Below are positions 58,705-64,000 of a DNA stretch of 64,000 nucleotides, in pieces; the first letter of the stretch is position 1; each line of letters begins with the position of its first letter. The stretch covers positions 1,248,001-1,312,000 of the forward strand of contig CAVZZO010000001.1 of the NCBI GenBank assembly GCA_963779755.1, written 5' to 3'. The translations under genes were made by a program, and so were the position numbers. The notes under the pieces were generated by a model, which was not told the DNA's origin, ran no database searches, and saw only the letters and a list, made by a program, of their open reading frames with translations. The DNA is from an uncultured Gemmatimonadales bacterium. Its GTDB lineage: Bacteria; Gemmatimonadota; Gemmatimonadetes; Gemmatimonadales; GWC2-71-9.

Positions 58705-60598
58705 CTCCGTGAAGCGGCAGGGTCGCGAGGAAGGACGCTCCGCCCTCGACCGCCGGCTCGTAGCTCAGCCGCCCGCCGTGTGACTGGACGATCCCGTAGC
58801 TGATCGAGAGTCCCAGGCCGGTGCCGCTGCCCGGCTCCTTGGTGGTAAAGAACGGCGTGAAGATCTGCGGCAGCAGGTTGGACGGAATGCCGGGGCCGTT
58901 GTCGCTGACGCAGAATTCGGCCTGATCCGGTTCGCGGCGGCGTGAGACCACGGTGATGCGGCGCGGATGGTGCTCGGCCTGGTCGGATACCGCCTGCAGC
59001 GCATTGGTGAGCAGGTTGAGGAGCACCTGCTGCAGCTCGTAGCGGTCGCCCCGCACGACGATCGGTCCGGGAGCCAGCGTCAGGGTCAGCGTAATCTCCC
59101 GCTGCCGCACCTCGTACTCGATGAGCCGCGCCGTCTGGACGATGAGGTCGTTCAGGTCCACCGGCTCCATGGCGTGGCCGCCCTTGCGCGCGAACGCCAG
59201 CAGGTCCCGCACGATACGCCCGGCCCGCTCCGCCTGCTGGTGGATCACCTGCAGGTGCTCCCGCGGCACGGCCCCCGCTCCCTGTTCCAGCAGAAACTCC
59301 GCCAGGCCGGCGATCGAGGTGAGGGGGTTGTTGAGCTCGTGCGCGACGCCGGACACCAGCTGCCCCACCGCCGCCAGTTTCTCGCTCTGGATCAGCTGCG
59401 TCTCCAGCGTACGCTGTTCGGTCACGTCTTCCACCAGCAGCACCACCGGACGCCGGGGCCCGCTCTCCTGCGGGAAGGGTTCGGCGGTGAGGCGGAGCAC
59501 CCGGCCCGGGGATTCCAGCCGGGTCAGGACCGGCCCGGGGTGCTCCCCCCGGCGCGCCGCGGCGATGACCGAGCGGGCGGCCTCGCTCCGGCCGGCGGCG
59601 GTCTCCAGCAGCAGGCGTCCGACCAGGGCCGGCCTGGGGATCTCGAGCAGGCGGCCCAGGGCCTGATTGGCCCGGCTGATCCGTCCGTCCGGCCCTACCA
59701 CCGCGATTCCCTCCGCCAGGGCCTCGAACGTGGTCTCCCATTCCTCCTTGCTCCGCCGGATCAGGTCAAAAAACCGGCTGTTGGCGAGCACTACCGCGGC
59801 ATGGGCCGCGACCGTGGCGAGCAGCTGGAGATTGCCGGGTGACGGTGCGTGGCCGCCGGCCACCACCAGCGCGCCCAGGGTAATGCCGTGCGCCCGCAGG
59901 GGAACCGCGGCGGCAAAGGGAACGGAGAGGCCGTCGAGCCGGGGAGCGCTCTGTCCCTGGCCCTCCACTGCCCAGGTCTCGCCGCAGAGCGCGCGCTGCA
60001 ACAGCGCCGTGGCGTCGTCGGACACCGGCTGGCCCGCCAGGGGGCTCAGCACCCCTTCGGCGGCCGCCACGCGGGCGGGCATGCCGCTCTCGGCGCTCAG
60101 CACCACGGCGGCGCCCTCCACCTGCAGGAAACGGCGGGTGTAGCGGACCACCTGATCGACGATGTGATCGGGCTGCAACGCGCCGGAGAGCACCAGGCTC
60201 AGCTCCTCCAGCGTCGCAAGCTCGTCGCTGCGGCGCTCGAGGGCGCGCCCCAGTTCGTCCGCCACCCGGCGCGACGCCGCGAGGTCCTCCCGCAGGGCGA
60301 CACCCTCCCGCGCGATCGCGGCCAGCAGCGCCAGCGAGGCGGCGGCCGCCAGGAGGGCGACCGGTCCGCGGCCGAACCAGGCGAGAACCGCCACGGCAGG
60401 TGCGGCGGAGGCGAGTATCCAGGGGGCCAGCCGGGGCCGGAAGTCGTACAGCAGGAGAGCCAGGAGCCCATAGGCCGTCAGGCTCCAGGCAGCGACGGGG
60501 GGTAACCCGCCCAGGGCGGCCGCCAGCACGCCGGCCACGGCGCAGACAGCGGGGGGCAGCGCGCACAGCAGCGTGCGCCACCGGGTGCGTTCGCTCAG
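58676..60598 (-). CDS. Membrane sensor histidine kinase (TM-GAF-PAS-HisKA-HATPase, NtrB-like)
   Basis: [35 protein letters not shown]; start GTG 60538 or CTG 60598. Confidence 0.92.
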   Translation of the reverse strand: MSERTRWRTLLCALPPAVCAVAGVLAAALGGLPPVAAWSLTAYGLLALLLYDFRPRLAPWILASAAPAVAVLAWFGRGPVALLAAAASLALLAAIAREGVALREDLAASRRVADELGRALERRSDELATLEELSLVLSGALQPDHIVDQVVRYTRRFLQVEGAAVVLSAESGMPARVAAAEGVLSPLAGQPVSDDATALLQRALCGETWAVEGQGQSAPRLDGLSVPFAAAVPLRAHGITLGALVVAGGHAPSPGNLQLLATVAAHAAVVLANSRFFDLIRRSKEEWETTFEALAEGIAVVGPDGRISRANQALGRLLEIPRPALVGRLLLETAAGRSEAARSVIAAARRGEHPGPVLTRLESPGRVLRLTAEPFPQESGPRRPVVLLVEDVTEQRTLETQLIQSEKLAAVGQLVSGVAHELNNPLTSIAGLAEFLLEQGAGAVPREHLQVIHQQAERAGRIVRDLLAFARKGGHAMEPVDLNDLIVQTARLIEYEVRQREITLTLTLAPGPIVVRGDRYELQQVLLNLLTNALQAVSDQAEHHPRRITVVSRRREPDQAEFCVSDNGPGIPSNLLPQIFTPFFTTKEPGSGTGLGLSISYGIVQSHGGRLSYEPAVEGGASFLATLPLHGAGQGTGDRG

Positions 60599-61440
60599 CT
60601 GTGGTCGTCCTCCCGCTTGGCGACGCGTTCGGTGGAGTAGGCCGAGGGGGGCGCATTGGGCTTGACCCGCACCGACTTGGCGGGAATGCCCACGTTCACG
60701 TGGAAGGGGCGGACGTCCTTGGTGGCGACCGCCCCGGCGCCGACCATGGCGTCGTGCCGCACCCGCACGCCGGCCAGGACGGTGGCGTGGTAGGTAATCC
60801 GCACGTCATCCTCCAGCAGGGTCCGTGCATTGGTAACGTCCTGCTGGTCCACGATGCTGTGGGTATGGCTGTAGATGTTGGCGTAGTCGGCGATGCTCAC
60901 CCGGTTGCCCAGGGTGATGCCCCCCCGGTCGTCCAGCAGGACGTGGCGGTGTATCACCACGTCGTCCCCCACCTCCAGGTTGTAGCCGAAGGAGACTTCC
61001 ACGAACTGGAAGCATTTGAAGTTGCGGCCGCAGCGGGCAAAGATGAACGGCGCCAGCATCCGGCGGAAGCGGACGCCCAGGTGCACGTTCTGGCCGCCCG
61101 CGGGCGAGCGATCGAAGCTGTACCAGAGCCACAGAAGCGGCTTGACTCTGGCGAACCGCGCGGCGTCGACGTCCGCGTAGTACTCCGGCTCCAGCGTGAT
61201 GTTCCGCGGGTCGAGCGTAAGCAGGCTGGCGCGGCTGCCGGGGGGAAGGTCCGGATCGGCCAGCAGCGCATCGTAGCCCCGCTGGCCGGGGTAATACAGC
61301 TCGAAGAGCACATCCCGCGCGACCCGGGACCAGTCGGCGCCCCGGGCGCCCAGCCGCTCCCGGATTCCGCCGAGCCACTGATCATAGAACTTTTCCGACG
61401 ACTCCGACGGCGAGATCTGCCGCAGGGGCAGGATGGCCAT
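60595..61440 (-). CDS. Hexapeptide-repeat acyltransferase
   Basis: Left-handed beta-helix hexapeptides, [10 protein letters not shown]....V.VG.PA. Confidence 0.88.
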   Translation of the reverse strand: MAILPLRQISPSESSEKFYDQWLGGIRERLGARGADWSRVARDVLFELYYPGQRGYDALLADPDLPPGSRASLLTLDPRNITLEPEYYADVDAARFARVKPLLWLWYSFDRSPAGGQNVHLGVRFRRMLAPFIFARCGRNFKCFQFVEVSFGYNLEVGDDVVIHRHVLLDDRGGITLGNRVSIADYANIYSHTHSIVDQQDVTNARTLLEDDVRITYHATVLAGVRVRHDAMVGAGAVATKDVRPFHVNVGIPAKSVRVKPNAPPSAYSTERVAKREDDHS

Positions 61441-61465
61441 GCTGCCTCCAGGCTGCGAAGAAGGG

Positions 61466-62122
61466 CTAGCGCCCGCTGTCGCTGTCCGCGCGGGTCCGGG
61501 CGGAATCGCGCCGGGCCCGGCCCATGACCCGGGCGCGCTCCTGCTGCAGCCGGTTCAGGTGGTCATCCCAGCTGTCGGAACCCTGCGCGCCATAGGTGAC
61601 CCCGAACGATTCAAAGACCGGGATCCGTTCTTCGTAGATGTAGATCGCGCTGGCGCGACCCCGCACCTCGAGCTGTTGGGCGCTGAAGTTACCCGAATAG
61701 GGAATGACGCCCACCGGCCGCAGCAGCTGGTTGTGGACGTTGAGGTAGAGGTTGCTCGGATCGTACTGCACGTGCGGCTTGCGGCCGAAGAACGACACCA
61801 GCATGAGCCCGGGATCGCTCACGCCATTCCGGCTGTCCACCGAGTCGATCTGGTCCTGGCGGCTCTGCACCACCTGATGCAGCGACTGGTAGGCATCGGG
61901 GGCGAGCAGCCGGATGACCCGCTCGTCCAGGGGCAAAGCCCGGATCTCCAGATCGTTCATGACGATGCTGAGGGCGATCTGGTCCTGGTTCAGGGTGCCA
62001 TAGCCGACCGGCGGGAGATCGGCGGCCGTTTCGGCGGCGCCGGCGTCTCCCTGCTGCGCGCGAGCGGCGGGGGCGCAGGCGCCGAGCAGGGCCAGGGCCG
62101 CCAGGGCAATCCGGGATCTCAT
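61466..62122 (-). CDS. Hypothetical exported protein/lipoprotein
   Basis: Signal with LGAC lipobox; RBS GGAG; coding-like codon usage. Confidence 0.7.
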   Translation of the reverse strand: MRSRIALAALALLGACAPAARAQQGDAGAAETAADLPPVGYGTLNQDQIALSIVMNDLEIRALPLDERVIRLLAPDAYQSLHQVVQSRQDQIDSVDSRNGVSDPGLMLVSFFGRKPHVQYDPSNLYLNVHNQLLRPVGVIPYSGNFSAQQLEVRGRASAIYIYEERIPVFESFGVTYGAQGSDSWDDHLNRLQQERARVMGRARRDSARTRADSDSGR

Positions 62123-62152
62123 AGGTCTCCTCGTGCTGACGGTCGGCCGGCC

Positions 62153-62749
62153 TCAGTGCGGCACGGCTGCCAGGATGCTGGCGCCCAGATCGGCGATGCC
62201 GAGTCCCGTGGTGCTGCTGGTGAGCTGGACCTGATCGCTCCCCAGTCCCAGGGACGAACGGATCGCGCTCTCCCGCGCCCGGCGGGCGCCGAACGCCAGT
62301 TTATCCGCCTTGGTCAGCGCCGCCAGCACCGGCACCTCGCGTCCGCTCAGCGCCTCCAGGTATGTCAGATCGTCGTCGGAAGGGTCCCGGCGGATGTCCA
62401 GCAGCCAGACCACGCCGGCCAGCCGTTGCCGCTTCTGAATATACCTGTGGAGGAGATTCTGCAGCGCCGCCCGGGTGGATTTGTCTGCCTTGGCATAGCC
62501 GTAGCCGGGGAGATCTACCAGGTAGAACCCGGGCAGCCGGAAGACGTTCAGCGCGCGGGTCTTGCCGGGGGTGCCGCTGACCCGCGCCAGGCCCCGGCGG
62601 CCGGTGAGGGCGTTGAGCAGGCTCGATTTGCCGACGTTGGAGCGTCCCAGGAAGGCGATCTCGGGCAGCGGTGGCGCCAGCGCGTGGGCCGGGTCGGGGA
62701 AGCTGCCGATAAACTCGATCGGCAGTTTTTCGAGGGGAGAGGTCGTCAA
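62153..62749 (-). CDS. engB: GTP-binding protein EngB/YihA/YsxC
   Basis: [26 protein letters not shown]. Confidence 0.96.
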   Translation of the reverse strand: MTTSPLEKLPIEFIGSFPDPAHALAPPLPEIAFLGRSNVGKSSLLNALTGRRGLARVSGTPGKTRALNVFRLPGFYLVDLPGYGYAKADKSTRAALQNLLHRYIQKRQRLAGVVWLLDIRRDPSDDDLTYLEALSGREVPVLAALTKADKLAFGARRARESAIRSSLGLGSDQVQLTSSTTGLGIADLGASILAAVPH

Positions 62750-62831
62750 GGAACCGGAGGACCGGGGACTGAGAGGACTGAGAAGGCGGTCCCATCCCTG
62801 ATTGACAGGACCGCCTCCACTATTAGCATCG

Positions 62832-62880
62832 CTTGCCGCCTTGCCGCCTTGCCGCCTTGCCGCCTTGCCGCCTTGCCGCC

Positions 62881-62882
<2 letters not shown>
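62832..62882. repeat. Perfect tandem octamer (CTTGCCGC)x6
   Basis: Counted directly; overlaps the clpX stop. Confidence 0.95.

Positions 62883-64000
<1,118 letters not shown>

Overview
High-GC bacterial chromosomal window, densely coding. Gene content and style (many exported beta-barrel/hypothetical proteins, BTAD-TM-TPR regulator, futalosine-type late menaquinone genes) suggest Gemmatimonadota; this is inference only. Mostly core genes: htpX (partial), Moco cluster (moeA-mobB-mobA-fdhD) with a divergent PTPS/QueD, guaB, NSS transporter plus small subunit, APC permease, nrnA, mrp, fabH, MATE, SAM hydrolase, an ECF sigma/ZAS anti-sigma operon, menG-ubiD-ubiA-ubiX, mutM plus a Cho-like GIY-YIG nuclease, purD, glmM-glmS-dtd-maf, HD-GYP, FHA-GAF adenylate cyclase, a GspE/PilB ATPase fused to a receiver domain, an orphan histidine kinase, engB and clpX (partial). 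No rRNA, tRNA, CRISPR, transposase or phage genes were recognised. The most notable non-gene structure: (1) a recurring SigW-like promoter motif TGAA(A/T)C-N16/17-CGTAGG that outlines a candidate regulon of the local ECF sigma; (2) several families of 7-9 nt tandem repeats at gene junctions, often arranged as inverted arms and sometimes supplying stop codons or protein termini; (3) two candidate structured RNAs, one 6S-like; (4) widespread apparent leaderless transcription. All calls were made by eye, with no database searches.
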